DNA of 62,857 bases, filler included, from Polymyxa betae A26-41 (lineage: Eukaryota > Protista > Endomyxa: Phytomyxea), in NCBI GenBank assembly GCA_003693705.1. It is 5 parts of 5 records of this genome, joined end to end, with 100 filler letters (N's around TTAATTAATTAA, not from the genome) between each part and the next. Parts side by side here need not be neighbours in the genome. Positions count along the whole stretch, not along the records: positions 45,033 to 54,508 come from RBZT01000838.1; positions 54,609 to 60,182 come from RBZT01000045.1; positions 60,283 to 62,857 come from RBZT01000985.1; 2 more parts are not named here. The stretch is one strand, 5' to 3'. A program made the position numbers and the translations under genes. This document shows, piece after piece, positions 49,663 to 62,857 of this stretch. The notes under the pieces are model-generated. The model was not told where the DNA came from and searched no databases. It was given only the letters and a program-made list of their open reading frames with translations. Numbering within the stretch: position 1 is the first letter of the stretch; each line of letters opens with the position of its first letter.

Positions 49663-50149
49663 TAAAACTGCTGTGTTTGAGTATAATAAATGGCTTTCAA
49701 TTGAGGTTTTCGACGTTTCAAAAAGTTCGAATTCTGAAATAGTGAATACAATTGCGCAACGTTGCTTAGATTCCGCCCGTGTAACGAAATAGACTCCAGT
49801 CATCTAGATTGTAATAGATATTATGGCCAGATGACTGAGTACTATCAGACTTTCGTTTCGGATACAGCGCCGCCTCTTGACCAAAATCAACGAACTAGAT
49901 TAATCCAATCCAATCTATTGACTCCATAACAATTACGTGTCTCTCAGTTTTTGGAAAATGTCTGTAAATATTCTCCTTCTTTTCGTTGTGTTTTCTAACT
50001 TTTTTGGAGAAGAATATCTGTGCGTTTTCAATGGTCCCTTTTCGATTGATCGAAATATTACGTATTGGATAAAAGTGAATTCAGAATGCTGCCTCCTTTG
50101 TTTTCTGGATCCATCCAAGGACCAGTTGAAACCAGAAGGCCTTTATTAT

Positions 50150-50525
50150 CCGTATAGAATTGCAGCCGATGTCGACTGTTTGCTCGTAGCCATCGCTGAA
50201 TCCACTCAATCAGCATCATCAGCCCCGAGACACCCGATCTCAAGCACGATGTCCAAGACCGCAGTTCACGTCATTCAAATCGCAGCCCTTTTGCACCGTT
50301 TCTGAAGAACGGCAAGATCTTGACTATTGCTGCCGACGAATGCGTAATCCTGGCAGGCTTTCAAGATTCATGGGGAGGACCTTCCGAGATCAATGCTGCA
50401 ATGAAATTATATGCATGTGATATCGTCATTCGTGAATTCAATAAAAGTAAACTCCAGATATCGAATTCTGAAGGAGAAGTTTGTACAGCTTTACATCTAT
50501 GATATGGAGGCGGAAGTCCATTGTG
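50150..50525 (+). pseudogene. Degenerate OTU deubiquitinase domain
   Basis: IAADVDCLLVAIA (cf. DGNCLF.A) and WGGPSEINAAMKLYACDIVI; broken by stops. Confidence 0.6.
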
Positions 50526-52677
50526 ACAGCTGCCGAAGATTCGCGCAACCTTTCAACGCCTGAGTAGGTCGTAAAATCTGTCCCAAAACACGATCATTCG
50601 AGACTGTTGGTGTACGGCTACAACAATAACGACGTGTTGGCCCCTGTGTATGACACCAGACATGCTTTTAAGACTTACGATTGGAACAATATTGATGATC
50701 GCATTTCCGCTACCATGATGGATAAACCGATTGCAAAAGGCCCCCAGGACGATAATGATCAACAATCTTCCAATAATGGTGCCATCTGCCTGGATATTTC
50801 GGTGCTAAACGAAACGATTGCTGAATTCGCTTGCGAAGCAATCTCAGGTGATGTTAACAGCCTGAACGATCCAATCGACGTGTGCACCCTCGCTATCAAT
50901 ACGGATGGGCTCAGTAGAGAGATCGGCTGATTTGAATCACCATTCTGAGCTCTGATGATGGGGAGGTCAATACGCTTTCATCTTTAGTCTCTCGGTCGAA
51001 CTGATAGGTCATACTGCCTCCTTTAACCTTCTAAATATCCCAGGTTGGTGCCGTACTAACCCTAAACTCCTTCCCTATTACTAAAGATGGATCTATACGA
51101 TGGTTGAGAAAGTCTATCATTGATAACGACACTCCAATAGAAGCCATGTAATGTTACACTTCACATTATGGAACCTATAAACGTCATGACTGATTGGCGG
51201 TCATACTTCCCTCTGTTATATGCAGTCTGATAGGGTTCTGATAATCGTCACCATGCTGACAATTGAGCAATTAAGATTCCCATTTAGTGCTATCGGCACA
51301 GCAGGGAGGCGTCTTCAACTGATGTTTTGGGCCTGGAATTCAAAGCCCGATGGCTCGTACACCCGCCCTTCTCAATCGTAAAGCAGCGGACGATTTGAAA
51401 AATCTGTCGAGAAAACAACACTGAAAAACTTCAGAAAGATTCAAAGGTCATATTTGAGCTTTTGGACGTCCGTGATCGTCGATCAAGAGAGTAATTAACA
51501 GGCATAGGTGTTGTATCGCAAGGGTTTCACCATGATACAAAAACATTGCATGTGAAAGTCACAGCTTACTTAACGAGGTGCTTCTGAATATAGCCAAGGA
51601 AGACGAAGATTCTCAGTACGTAGACATTAGGTATGTAGTGCACAAGAGGTCCGACTCTATATTGCTTTTTTCAAAATCGTTACAAATTTTTCAAAAGCAT
51701 AAGGTGATAAAGACATCTGGAAACGGAGCTTGTTAAGAAGATTCACTGTTGTTGAGTTGTGATGATCTGAAACATTCGTTTAATCCGAATTATCGATTTT
51801 ATGGTATTTATGGCCTTTATAAGTTTTCTAAAAGACCCCGCTTGATATGGTATACATTAGGGCCATGTGTCATGTGTGTAACCCCATATCAGCGTTATTG
51901 ATGTAATAATACCCAGATACCATATAATATTAAATATTGCATTTTTCCTCACAGTCCAGCACACTACAACTGCCGTTTACCCGACTTTTATGTCGCTGAT
52001 ATCCAGCTCATTATCTCCAAACGATGATGTCTGCTAGATGATCGATGGTCATAGCGAGACAAGGCTTTCCGCCTCACCAACGAAGACACTGATAAGACAG
52101 CGGAGGTTGGTAACGAAGATTACTTAACAATTTTCACTTCGTTTGGACTCAGTCTTAAGCGTCACATCCTCTTAAGTCCCGAGAAAAAACCTTCCAATGC
52201 CCTACTTTACCTTGAAATAGCGAAATGCTCAAATTTCCTCATGCGCCCAACGTAGAAAATAGTGCATCTCATAGGCAAAAAACTTGGACAAAAAATACCA
52301 TAGAAAAAACGTAATCATCTGAATGATTTCGTTCTCTTGTCATTTGGGTGTTTGTGAAATTGTCGTTTACGAGAGGTATTCGTGTTCTTTTGCATCCTGC
52401 TGGTTACTGGAAATCCTGTGCTACCAGGTGATCACAGTAGCAATGCAATCTTATTCAAGTTTATGTCTCCTACCTAAACAAATTTTTCAGATCAGCGGCA
52501 ACTTGGCTTGATGGGCTGATATTCGTGTTGTCTTGAGTAAGGTTCAAGTTTCACGGAGGTGATTCTTTTTTGCAATGGATTGAATACGTGAAGTCCCAAA
52601 AACTCAAAGTCCCGACGAAACTCCGTGAATAATTTGCGCTCGGCGATGCTCAGTTTTTAGCTTGACGCGTTTCAGAG

Positions 52678-53490
52678 ATGCCTCGAGCGCCAGGACAGAG
52701 CGGCCGAGCGCGTCGTAATTTTCCTCGGCCACCAGCGATCGCACCAGGGCAAATCCACCGCTCACGATCTGACACGAGCGATCTCGTACACATCGAGCTT
52801 AGCTTTAGGACGCTCCCAAACCCCACACACTTCCACCCCGATGGATGTGACCAATGCTGTTGTAATCTCCAAATCGGACGAATTTCATTGCCCAATACTG
52901 ACTATGCCCCTTAGCTTTATACAGTTGAGGTTGCTTTCGATCAGTCTCCAGAAATGCGAAATATTGCAGGTGCAGTTGCTGCAGCTATTAACCCACAGTT
53001 ACAAAATATCAATGCAACACTTTTTAGATTAGAGACTGCATTTAATGCTCGCAATCAGGTTAATTATTCAGTTGCTTTTGCATTGTAACTTACTAATGGT
53101 ATTTAGAATCATAGGAAGGAATCGCGTAACGACCGCGTTCACACAGGTGTCATTACAGCTCCATACGAGTCTCTTGTAAAAGAGGTTGTAGGACACCCTG
53201 CGGGGCAAAATCCAAATGACCCGAGCTTGGTAGCGCTTCAGGTGCCAGTTCCTACTGGAGCTGCTCTGCCTGCACTGGTTTTCTTTCCAGCTGCTGGATT
53301 GCCACGTGGTTCTGTTGGAAATCTGACCAATATTGACATCGACGACATTGAGTGGTTTTACAATGTCCGTATCCCAGGTGATATAACAAAATGATGACAA
53401 ATATCCCTCTTAATTTGCTTTTTCAAAAATAGGTGCCAATCTGAATGCGCGCCAGACGAACCTGGAATTATTTCCTGCCGGATTACTTTA
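52678..53490 (+). pseudogene. Spliced coiled-coil gene with possible Mug135_C/DUF1773-like C-terminus, probably damaged
   Basis: PYESLVKEVVGHP...LTNIDIDDIEWFYNV...ARQTNLELF. Confidence 0.4.
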
Positions 53491-54039
53491 AACATTAAAA
53501 ACTCACCTGAGATTCATCAAATCCTCTTTCACTTTGGTATTCAGTCTTCTCAACCTCCATCCATTTAGCGCTTGCTAGATCTATATATAAATCCTAGATC
53601 TATATATATAAATCCAATTCTAACCTCATCATAACCCTAAGTAAATAACGAAGTTTATAATATGGTTAGATGTGCATGGAATGATAGGCTCCGTATATCG
53701 CCAAAACAATTATCGGTATGTATGTGAGTAATGCTATCAAACTGGGATCCGCTTTTGCATTTTGCTACTCTGTATGACCCAACAAAACTGAGGTCAAGAT
53801 GTTTTATGAACTCCAGTCTTCTCATGATCACCCGCAACCGGGGAAGTCTAACGGCCTTCTGAGGAGAAATCTCCGAAGCGAAGAGAGAGAAGATGGAGAG
53901 TATCGCCGAAGCGACGTGAGAGAAATAAGAATCTTGAGGATTGAAGGAAATGCAATTTTTTGGCAATGGATTTTTAGATTTTGATTTTCTAGGTTATACA
54001 CTTATATTTGAGGGCTGTTTGGAATTGGATACGGGGGCG

Positions 54040-54279
54040 TCATTTTATTTTTATAATTCCAGATTGGGCTCCAGCGAAGAGATAATTGTTGTTTACAACT
54101 GAAACAGAGAAGGGCACAGCGAATCTTCTGCTAACAGATAGCGGCCCGCACTGCAACTCCGAGTCAGAAACTCGTGGTGATGGTGGGGGGCACGGCAGCC
54201 CAGTTACCGGAGGGTTGGAACCAAAGCGACAGCAGGACAGTACGGTGAGGAACGCGGCCAGCAGTACCGATAGCTTCAT
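54040..54279 (-). CDS. Short signal-peptide ORF (small secreted protein or truncated gene)
   Basis: MKLSVLLAAFLTVLSCC followed by a Pro-rich segment. Confidence 0.35.
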   Translation of the reverse strand: MKLSVLLAAFLTVLSCCRFGSNPPVTGLPCPPPSPRVSDSELQCGPLSVSRRFAVPFSVSVVNNNYLFAGAQSGIIKIK

Positions 54280-54508
54280 GGTGACGACGGAAATCAGGAA
54301 TGGCCACCCTTCACGCAGTTGAAGTTCTGCTCGCCTGAGGTCGAGATGGTCTCCTACCTGAACTGTAATACACAGTTGCGGATATCTGAGTATATGTACC
54401 TTATGGATAGGGCCTCCCTACCGTTTTCTTAGTTTTATTATTATTACTATTTTTTATTTTGTATTCTTTTATGTTTGTTATTTTTTATATTGAATTTATT
54501 TTATCTAT

Positions 54509-54608
54509 NNNNNNNNNNNNNNNNNNNNNNNNNNNNNNNNNNNNNNNNNNNNTTAATTAATTAANNNNNNNNNNNNNNNNNNNNNNNNNNNNNNNNNNNN
54601 NNNNNNNN
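54509..54608. other. Artificial contig linker
   Basis: N44-TTAATTAATTAA-N44. Confidence 0.98.
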
Positions 54609-55141
54609 TTCTCTTTCAGCTTTTCTAATCGTCCAGAATCAGATTCGCTTTCGATCAGGCTTTTCAAGTGGCTCTCGATACAACGAAGAACCCGATGGTA
54701 GGGATGAGAGCAGAGAACTGTATCGATGACACTTAAGGCATCGGCCGCTTCATGGTGTTCAAGTTCTTTCATGTGATGAACATGCATGTGTTTGGGGAAA
54801 TCACGAATCTCTCCAGAAGATATAGCATTGAAAATACTTGTCTTTCCACTGCCGTTGATACCGAATAAGGCGCATCGCTTGTGAGGTTCGATCTCAAGGC
54901 GTGTATTTTTGAATAAATCGGCAGTGTTATCCGGCGTCCTAAGACTAAAAACCGGAACATCAACCAGTTTCGTTAACTTGATCTTGTTGGCAGCCGCTGC
55001 CAATTGCTGTCGTTTGTAACAAGGAAACAGCATTTCGATCTGTTCTTTCACAGCATAGTCGAGAGGTGGCAGTTGTTCGAACTTAAGATAGCCATAGGTA
55101 TCATCGTAGTTGCGATGGAAAGTTTTCGGATCGTAAGACAT
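54609..55141 (-). CDS. ABC-F family ATPase, N-terminal part (truncated by the gap; may extend upstream)
   Basis: LFKNTRLEI...RCALFGINGSGKTS Walker A; FP.HMHVHH; SVIDTVL; no TM domain visible. Confidence 0.8.
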
Positions 55142-55559
55142 GTTTGCGACGATGCAATTGATGGTAGTGACGTTTGCCTGGTATTCGAAGAAGAGAGCCT
55201 GGAAATACTCTGGAGAAGGAAAGCCCGAGCCCGCTATGCTCCTAGAAACGGAGCGGCCTGCCAATGACAGTAACTAATGTTACCGGCGCCACTTATCGTA
55301 ACTTATCACTTGGCCCCTACTACAGTATCAGTTACAGTGACGTCACAGGTGGCCTCTCTGTGTGAAGAGACCAGAGCCAAGCATCATGACGTAGTGGTAA
55401 TAAGCCTGGCCCTGGATACATGGCAAAGCCATCAAAGCTTTCTCATCATTTCAGACGACGGTAAACTCGAGGTTGATAAAGGTTTATTTATTAGTTAACA
55501 ATCTAGAATAAAATAAAATAAATTTCAGTAGACAGATACTGATTATATACATGTGAGGT

Positions 55560-58500
55560 TCATTTTGGAGAATGCATACCCAGCCGGGTATCGAACAGGA
55601 TTCGCAACCTTTGCTGATGTCTTCTGAAGACTGTGCGGTCATGATTTTTCACAAGCTCATCGACTGCAATTATGCAGAATGGCCAGCAAATTATTATGAT
55701 TGAAGGAAGAAGTAAAAATGAATGAGAAAAAAGCGGCACAGTACTTAACAATATTAGAAGCTGTGTGGATGTTAAATAAACTAGATGACCATACTGCAAA
55801 AAAGGAACCGACCTCCGATGCCAGTAATATGATGCAAACAGTGAGCCAGACACGATTCGCAAATGGATTCCTGTCACGAAGCGAATCGTTTCGATACACA
55901 AACCCCATGGACAGCCAAACTAAGCAGTAGATAAATGCAAACCTGAAGACAGCATCAGTTTCAAAAATTGCTAACAATGACAATGACTACAAGGTGAATA
56001 TTTTGGCAAAGTGAACGGCTGCTAGAGTTTCAGAGTCGCGAAGGAAAGTCGTTGGATCAAGTTTCCAAACGGAGAAAGGGGCCGAAGACGACATTCCAGA
56101 AACAGAGCGAGAGAGGACATAAGAATATATCCAGAGGCAGAAGAATACTGAAGGGAAGAAACGAGCAAAATAGTACCTAAGAACCGTATTTACTTGATTC
56201 CAAGAGCATAAACGAATGAACTTACAAGGTAAAGCGGTTAACGGAACTCAAATGGGAAATATTTTTTTCCATGATAATCTGCATAATCTTACGGTTTGGA
56301 TGCGAAAACAGTAGAGATCCACTGAGTAACGGGACGATAACCCACATCAGGAGCAGTATATGATAAGCTTCAAAGATACACGGCAGGCCCAACACTAAAG
56401 ATAAGGTACAGAGAAACATTATGGATAGCGCACAGGCCAGGAAAAAAACCTGAGCTTGTATAGATTGGATTAACAAATTTCTTGCTTGAGAAATCATTCC
56501 AGATATATAGGTTCTAATGTTAGTGCTCGACGATAAGGTGAAGGCGCAAGGTAAAGAGTTAACATGCTTTGCAAAGGAGAAATACGATTCTAAAAGCGTT
56601 AATCAGAAGAATTTTAAGACTGTACAACATTACAACCAGTTTGAACTGGGGCTCGTCCTCGCCGAGAATGATCGTCATCAATCCGTGGCTCCAAACTTAT
56701 AGCAATGTCGGATTGGAGGAAAATCGGAAAATTAGCCTCTTTCAAGGAGCTACCGATACAAACAACACTCTCTCCGTTTTCTTGCAGAATCGAAATCATT
56801 TCCTTTGAAGTCTCAGGAGTAGAATCAGTAAACAGCGATACCCTATAAGCGTGAGAATCAGAAAGCGAGTCTGATGAAGAAACCCTCTGTATACAGTAAA
56901 GGCACATTATCGACATTAGAAATATGATCACGAATTTTGCTGATGCCTTCAGGAAGCTTTGATATATTCAGTGCTGCTTCCGAAGGAGGAATAGGATCTT
57001 TGAAACGATTAATATGTAAACTTCGAGCTGAGCGGCAAAACACTACCGGTGCTTCTATCCTTCAACGAGATGAAGAAGTTCCAATCAGATTCCAGGCCCA
57101 ATTTCGATGTGAAAGCAATCGACTTTCTTCGACCAGTAGAGGAGAAGAACACAAAGCTATCAGTCATAAGCAACAGAAAGAGCGCCTTCAGTTCAGAACC
57201 TACCGGATACCAGCCTTAGTGAGATCCTCAATAAGATAAGGCATCTCTGGTTTAGGTGGAGGTCTAGCAGCAGCAATGCCAAGTAATATTTGCCCTAGGT
57301 CGATATGAGATAGCATAGCAACTGAGTCACAGCGGTACCAGTCAGGACATCCCGATAAAGCTCTTCTGATTCGCAACCTCCAGGGCTCTTAGCGGGATCA
57401 TCCCATTCAAAATCATGGGCCTCTAAGACATTCGGATCAGGATCCTACAGATATTACTTAACAGACAAACGAAGGCAATGATAGATACCGTTTCTGAATC
57501 GATGGGATTCTTTGTGACATTCGATGCTAGAATAACAGGCTCGTCATCGATTGCGACGAAGAAATTTTTCAGATGAGGAGCAACAGGGGAATAGGCAAAA
57601 GCAAAACATTTGAAGTCAACATGGGCCCAATGTTGCAAAATCTCGATAACTTTCTTTTTGAAGACCCCAGAGAGGGGCAGCGGTTGTTGCTTGTTCCATA
57701 CATAATCGCAAAAGGAAAGAACGACCCCTAAGTTAGAGGTTCAGAAATACAATACCACAATTGCACATTGACAATTACTCGGGTCCCCCCTTGAGAACAG
57801 TTGCAGCATATCTGAATGGTAAGACTGAACAACGGTGCAAGCCATATGGGGAACATTCTGATGGCGAATCGTATCGGCATAGTTCGAGCCTAGATACGCA
57901 TACGCTTCGGCGCTAGCCAGAACATGAATTTGCTTCAAGGTACGGAAAGATCGAATGGCGAAATCGGCAGCAAACCCCACTTCCAGCCCAATTTGACAGA
58001 GACATTCCGAAGGAATACCTTCTCATGAATTAGATATCGTTAACGCAACCTAAAATGCTTCGTGTGTTAGCTCACTCTGATCCCGAACGATGGGTTCAAG
58101 TTCGATCGGTATAGATTTGGTCATCGTTTTAGGTTTAACGATTGATGCAGCCAGCTCCGTCGATTCAGCACAAGTCGCAGTCATCAGACACGAAAGAGCC
58201 AGTGGCTTGACGGAGTCAAAATGCTGCTCCCAATTTCTTTCTGATTTAGCACATCAGTACAGCTTATTAGAACTGATATGCTAATTACCAAAGTTTATAT
58301 GATTTGGCAAATCGTGGTCGGTAATTAGATCAAGAACGACCGGAGCGCCGTTGTCCCAAATCAAAACATGTTCTGGAGCAGAGAAAACCTCGCTGACGAT
58401 TCCATCCTTTTAAACAAAATATCAGCAGCACGTTGGGAGAGCTGTGAACAATCGCAACCTTGTCTAAAGCACAAACTGCAGTAACCTGGCCAAGAGTCTC

Positions 58501-59901
58501 GAATGGGTTCATGCTTCGTGTCAGCGACGTTCCAAGCCCGAATACCTCCGTCATGATTCGGTATAATGTTGAACGACGTTCCTTCCAGAAGAGACGAAGG
58601 TTTTCCAGCTTACTCGGACCAAGTCCGATAGTTGAATCGCCATGTCTGACTTTCTTGAGGTCGATATCAGTCTGGATCAAAACTCCATTGCCAAACGCAT
58701 CGACTAGGAACGAGAACAGAATCTCAGACGGACCAAGGGACGACAAAATCGCAACAATTGGTTGGTGGGCAAGAACAAATATGGTTTCCATTGATAATTT
58801 GGACCATTTGCTTACAAGCAGAAATGCCACTGGAATAACTGTAATGACGAAACTATAATACGATGTTGATACAAAGACTCAACAACTTGACGTGGCCTTA
58901 CCCCAAAAGTGTGATTTGATGCATTCGGTGATAGACTGCCTTTTTTTGATTAACGTATGTGCTTGCAGGCCGAAAACGCCCATTTTTGTCCACCAATTTA
59001 GAGAGATGGTCGTTCAACGGGCAATTCAGCACTCTGAAAACCACCTTCTGATTACATCCGGCGATCTTGGTCTGGTTTTCCGGCTTCGCTGCCTCAGTAG
59101 TATTGTTGGATAAGGGAAAGAACGATAATGGAGCATTGGATGGTATCGCTCTGGATACAGTCGTGTTTTGCATTCGTAGTGTATCGCCCTTGTTCATTCG
59201 TTTTGGCTTTTTGGGCTTATTTATGGAGACGGTCTCAACATTGCATGGAGCACTCATGCCATCCCGTAACTGAATTAGATCGCCAGGAACCAGAGCAATA
59301 TTGGGAATCTGAACCCAACGCCCGTCTCGAAGAACTGTTTGAAAGTACGTGCTAAAGGACCTCGAAACTGCATCATTAACGTGTGCCTACAAAGCGGATC
59401 AACTGGCCGAGTTAAAGAAACATGTAATGTACCTGCTCAGTATTTTCTGCAATGGATTGTAGCAACCTTTTGGCTGTATAAACTTAAAAACACGAATTGC
59501 CACAATGCAGACAAAATACCAGGTTCTAGGCGCCGGCGTATCTCAGTGTTGTTTCGATAGGCATCAAACTGGCGAATTGCAGCATTAATAGCGGCAGATA
59601 TATAAAGCAATATGACCGAAGGCAGCAGCTTCTGTAGCGATGGTGCAAGAATATAGAAAACCAGCAAGATTGTGGCTGCCGTAAACACCAGATATGCAGA
59701 TGGACACCAGAAGAACTGAGCGACCTGCGTCCGGGATTCAGCTTCTTCGATAACCTGGTTTAGGTGTGCCACCGCCTGGGCCGTCGTCTTGCTCTGAATC
59801 GAGTTACGGCCACCTTCAGGGACGACGGAGACGTGAACTGACTCGTCTACGATCATCGATGAGATGCGCTTTCTCCGCCGACTTCTCGGCTGGTCCTCCA
59901 T
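55560..59901 (-). CDS. TMEM94: TMEM94-like P-type-ATPase-related membrane protein, multi-exon
   Basis: LDK|DGIVS, HISNVDNVPLL, LFTDSTPETSKEMISILQENGE.V.CIGSS, C-terminal LRILFDTRLGMHSP. Confidence 0.85.
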
Positions 59902-60182
59902 TAGTTACGACGCATACTAGCTGATTTAATCGTGTTATCTGGTGAAACGAGCAATAATTGCAGAATTGACTGCACAGCGTTTTCGACTGTTGTCTGTCAA
60001 CCCAGCAGTAACATGTGATGGACCTTCAAGAGAAGTGATGAAATCAAAAGACGAAAAGTCAGGCAAAAGTTTTTTTTAATGATCGAATTTCTTTAATTCA
60101 GCATCTTCACATACCCACTGATTGCCTTGACTGGCAAGAGAATCATCCGACCTCTCAAACTTGGATGGATCAGAATATTCAC

Positions 60183-60282
60183 NNNNNNNNNNNNNNNNNN
60201 NNNNNNNNNNNNNNNNNNNNNNNNNNTTAATTAATTAANNNNNNNNNNNNNNNNNNNNNNNNNNNNNNNNNNNNNNNNNNNN
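60183..60282. other. Artificial contig linker
   Basis: N44-TTAATTAATTAA-N44. Confidence 0.98.
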
Positions 60283-60537
60283 ATCAAAATGTACATGGCG
60301 CTTCGAAAAGCGTTCCCATCTGTCGATCTTGGAGCGCCGTCCAACGCGACATCTTCCTTCGTTTTCACATCGTCGAAAATCGAGCCACCTGAGCCTGAAC
60401 CCAAAGATGATGATGAACAAGATCGTATTGATGGAGAATTGCTGAATGATTCCGCCGATATCGCTGAATCGTCGTCCCAAGACGACTCATCTCAAACTTC
60501 CGAAGAATCGTCGAAAACTGAATCGTCTGTAGAATAA
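60283..60537 (+). CDS. Acidic C-terminal end of a gene truncated by the gap
   Basis: Open frame from the contig start to TAA; D/E/S-rich. Confidence 0.5.
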   Translation: MKMYMALRKAFPSVDLGAPSNATSSFVFTSSKIEPPEPEPKDDDEQDRIDGELLNDSADIAESSSQDDSSQTSEESSKTESSVE

Positions 60538-60691
60538 AGAATCTCTCTTGAAATTTATCGGCAAACCTAATTGGATGACTCAATTCATGTTATTTTGATG
60601 ATTGGCGATGAGTCATTGGATCAAACATCGCGATTAATACAGTGATTAGTCTTCGCTATTTGTAGTTTGCTGCAAGTTTAGAGTTATCACA

Positions 60692-61519
60692 ATGTTAGAC
60701 AGATCACCTCCATTGCCTCGCTTCATATATCGGACTAAGCGTGCCTATCTGACATTGATATCACATCCTGATAAACCTCGTCGACTATCCTTAGTCATAC
60801 TAGCTGCTCTGGTCATTCTATTTTGTCTGAGCCGAGTTCCACCCAGATCATGCAGCAGCAATGTCCCTGCTTTTTTCCAGATTCTATATTGTGGCAATGA
60901 ACTTGTAGCATCGCGGCCTATTCAGTTCCAAAACATTCTTGTCGTATATGATGCCAAAGATCAGTCACGAACGACTCCTCACTCTTATATCGACTTTTCT
61001 CGCAAGCGAATAGGACCAGCTAGTGAGATTGTTGAGCACATTCTTCAAAAAGGGTTTCGAGATATTCTGCTACTGGGACTCGGTGGAGCAGCTATGCCTT
61101 TCTTAATAACTGACAAATGTAATGATTGTGTTGTGACCGCAATCGATAACTCAAAAGACGCTTTATATATTGCTAGACAATATGGCAAATCTGATCAAGG
61201 CAATTACCAATTGAAATATATATTGGAGGACGCAGAGGATTATGTGAAATCCGGTCAAGATAAGAGCCATGATGTTGTAATCGCTGATCTTAGCGTTGGA
61301 GTTCAGATCCCAGATTTTATCTACGACCCTTCCTTCATTGCCAATGTTCATCGGTTAATTAAAGATCGTGGACAATACATCGTGATGTTGTACATGCCTA
61401 ACAACGTTGATCATGGGAAGATGAAGTTATACGCTGCTTTGTCAAGAACATTTATATCGGTTGCTATCAAGGAGACCGAGCACTATAATCCACATTTCAT
61501 TTTAGTAGCATCGAAATGA
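60692..61519 (+). CDS. Membrane-anchored class I SAM-dependent methyltransferase / spermidine-synthase-like protein
   Basis: N-terminal TM LSLVILAALVILFCL; ILLLGLGGAA motif I; VTAID; EDAEDYV; HDVVIAD. Confidence 0.8.
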   Translation: MLDRSPPLPRFIYRTKRAYLTLISHPDKPRRLSLVILAALVILFCLSRVPPRSCSSNVPAFFQILYCGNELVASRPIQFQNILVVYDAKDQSRTTPHSYIDFSRKRIGPASEIVEHILQKGFRDILLLGLGGAAMPFLITDKCNDCVVTAIDNSKDALYIARQYGKSDQGNYQLKYILEDAEDYVKSGQDKSHDVVIADLSVGVQIPDFIYDPSFIANVHRLIKDRGQYIVMLYMPNNVDHGKMKLYAALSRTFISVAIKETEHYNPHFILVASK

Positions 61520-61699
61520 ATTGTTTATTAACTACGATAGTTTATATAAAATCTAAATCAAGCTTTTTTCAACTTAATGTTTCTTCAGTAAAATCAAGAC
61601 AAATGGCGCTTCAGAAAACTGCTTGTATCAAAGACTCGGATATCGTATAAGACGTTGCTGGCTAAACCAGCATCTAAAGAGAGATCATTTAAACCACAA

Positions 61700-62857
61700 T
61701 TCATATTTCGGTTGGTCGTTCCGATTAACAATCATCAACGTCACATAAGTCAGTCCAGTTCGATTTTGATCCATTTTTAGGGTCGGTCTCACATTGCTTT
61801 CAGCTGCTGTTGTCATTCATTTGTCCAGTTCTGATGAGTATTCCTGTGCCGGGAAGGTTTCTATCTGATTTACTGTGGACGACAGCTGACCTGCTGTAAG
61901 CTGTCGTCCAATCCGAGCTTGATAATTGTTCGAAGCAGCTTGCGTTTGCTTGGATACACTACATGAAACTCTGCAATCAGTAATCGATATAGCTAAGAAG
62001 GTCGCTCTGCTTCATGCAGAATATCAGGTTATTAAACGATCATCCATTTCGAAATGTGTTACTGTTGGGTCTATCTGGTGGTGCTATCCCATTGCTGCTT
62101 AGCGATGCCTGCAATGATTGCTCAATGACAGCAGTTGATGTCAATCCTGATGCATTAGCCATCACTCGTATGTAGAAAACAGTATGTACAGAAAGCCCAA
62201 TCTGCACAATACGATGCTGTTATTAATGACATCAGCTTGGCTGACGTTTTTCCAGAATTCGCGTACGACCAATGCTTTATTGGCGTTAGTAGTCGAATTT
62301 ACAACCAGGAGGGCAATACATCATAGCTATAGAAGGACCTCATCGTTCATTGAAAATGTTTGAACCTGTCAGCAAATTGATGGGCGATGCTGGCATAATC
62401 AAAACCTACCATTCTTAAGATGGTCATGTTCGCCTCCGATAGCGATTCCAGCAAATATGTGATGAATTCTATATACGCTCAACGATTCAACCTGGTAATG
62501 TCACACTGAACCATGAAGCCAATGAAAATGAAATGAGCGAGCCAGAATTATTGAAATCAACTTATTCTATATCTTAGGTGAAACTGATGAAGATGGTTTT
62601 CGGGCACAGCCGACGTTGCTGCTGATAACACCAGCCACTAGCAACCTCATGTTGTTCACCGAGAATGAAATCAAAAAGATTCTGAACGTCCAAAGTTCGA
62701 TTAGGAGCTGAAGAGTGGCTTGAGTTATAGGCGCATCAGACGGGTGATCTCTTTAAAAGAGCAATGTCAATGTGGATATCCCCATACAAGTAGGTAGAAG
62801 AGCATATGGGTGCGGCCTCTCAGACGTCACAATCCTAAGAGCAAGTGCACCGCGCAC
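61700..62857 (-). CDS. Multi-exon helical (possibly armadillo-like) gene, partial; boundaries approximate
   Basis: Short open segments between GT-AG introns, e.g. HPSDAPITQATLQLLIEL, NNMRLLVAGVI. Confidence 0.3.

Noticed and set aside
29621-60282. Recurrent TTAATTAATTAA palindrome
   Set aside because: Artificial scaffolding linker within N runs

Overview
Eukaryotic, intron-rich protist DNA. A plasmodiophorid (Rhizaria) plant parasite is my best guess, inferred from short GT-AG introns, secreted ankyrin-like proteins and TTTAGGG/TTTTAGGG-like motifs. The window is five assembly pieces joined by artificial 100-bp linkers (N44-TTAATTAATTAA-N44 at 29621, 44933, 54509, 60183), so adjacency across linkers means nothing. 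Piece 1 (1-29620) is an accessory region. It holds a beta-helix gene, a family of secreted effector-like genes, a secreted 4-TM protein resembling the plant family DUF6490, CACTA-like and foldback/MULE-like elements, and a PIF/Harbinger transposase facing a spliced 2OG-Fe(II) dioxygenase gene. Piece 2 holds a LINE relic and two inverted copies of an EF-hand/PH/pseudokinase gene flanking a large prominin/tweety-like gene. Piece 3 holds tRNA-Glu(CTC), a candidate RNase P-like structured RNA, and copia, OTU, nuclease-like and Mug135-like relics. Pieces 4-5 are compact housekeeping DNA (ABC-F, TMEM94-like, SAM methyltransferase). Telobox, CGTAC(T/C)GG and CGTTAC motifs look strongly enriched in gene bodies of the accessory pieces. 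All family calls come from motif recognition by eye; no database searches were run.
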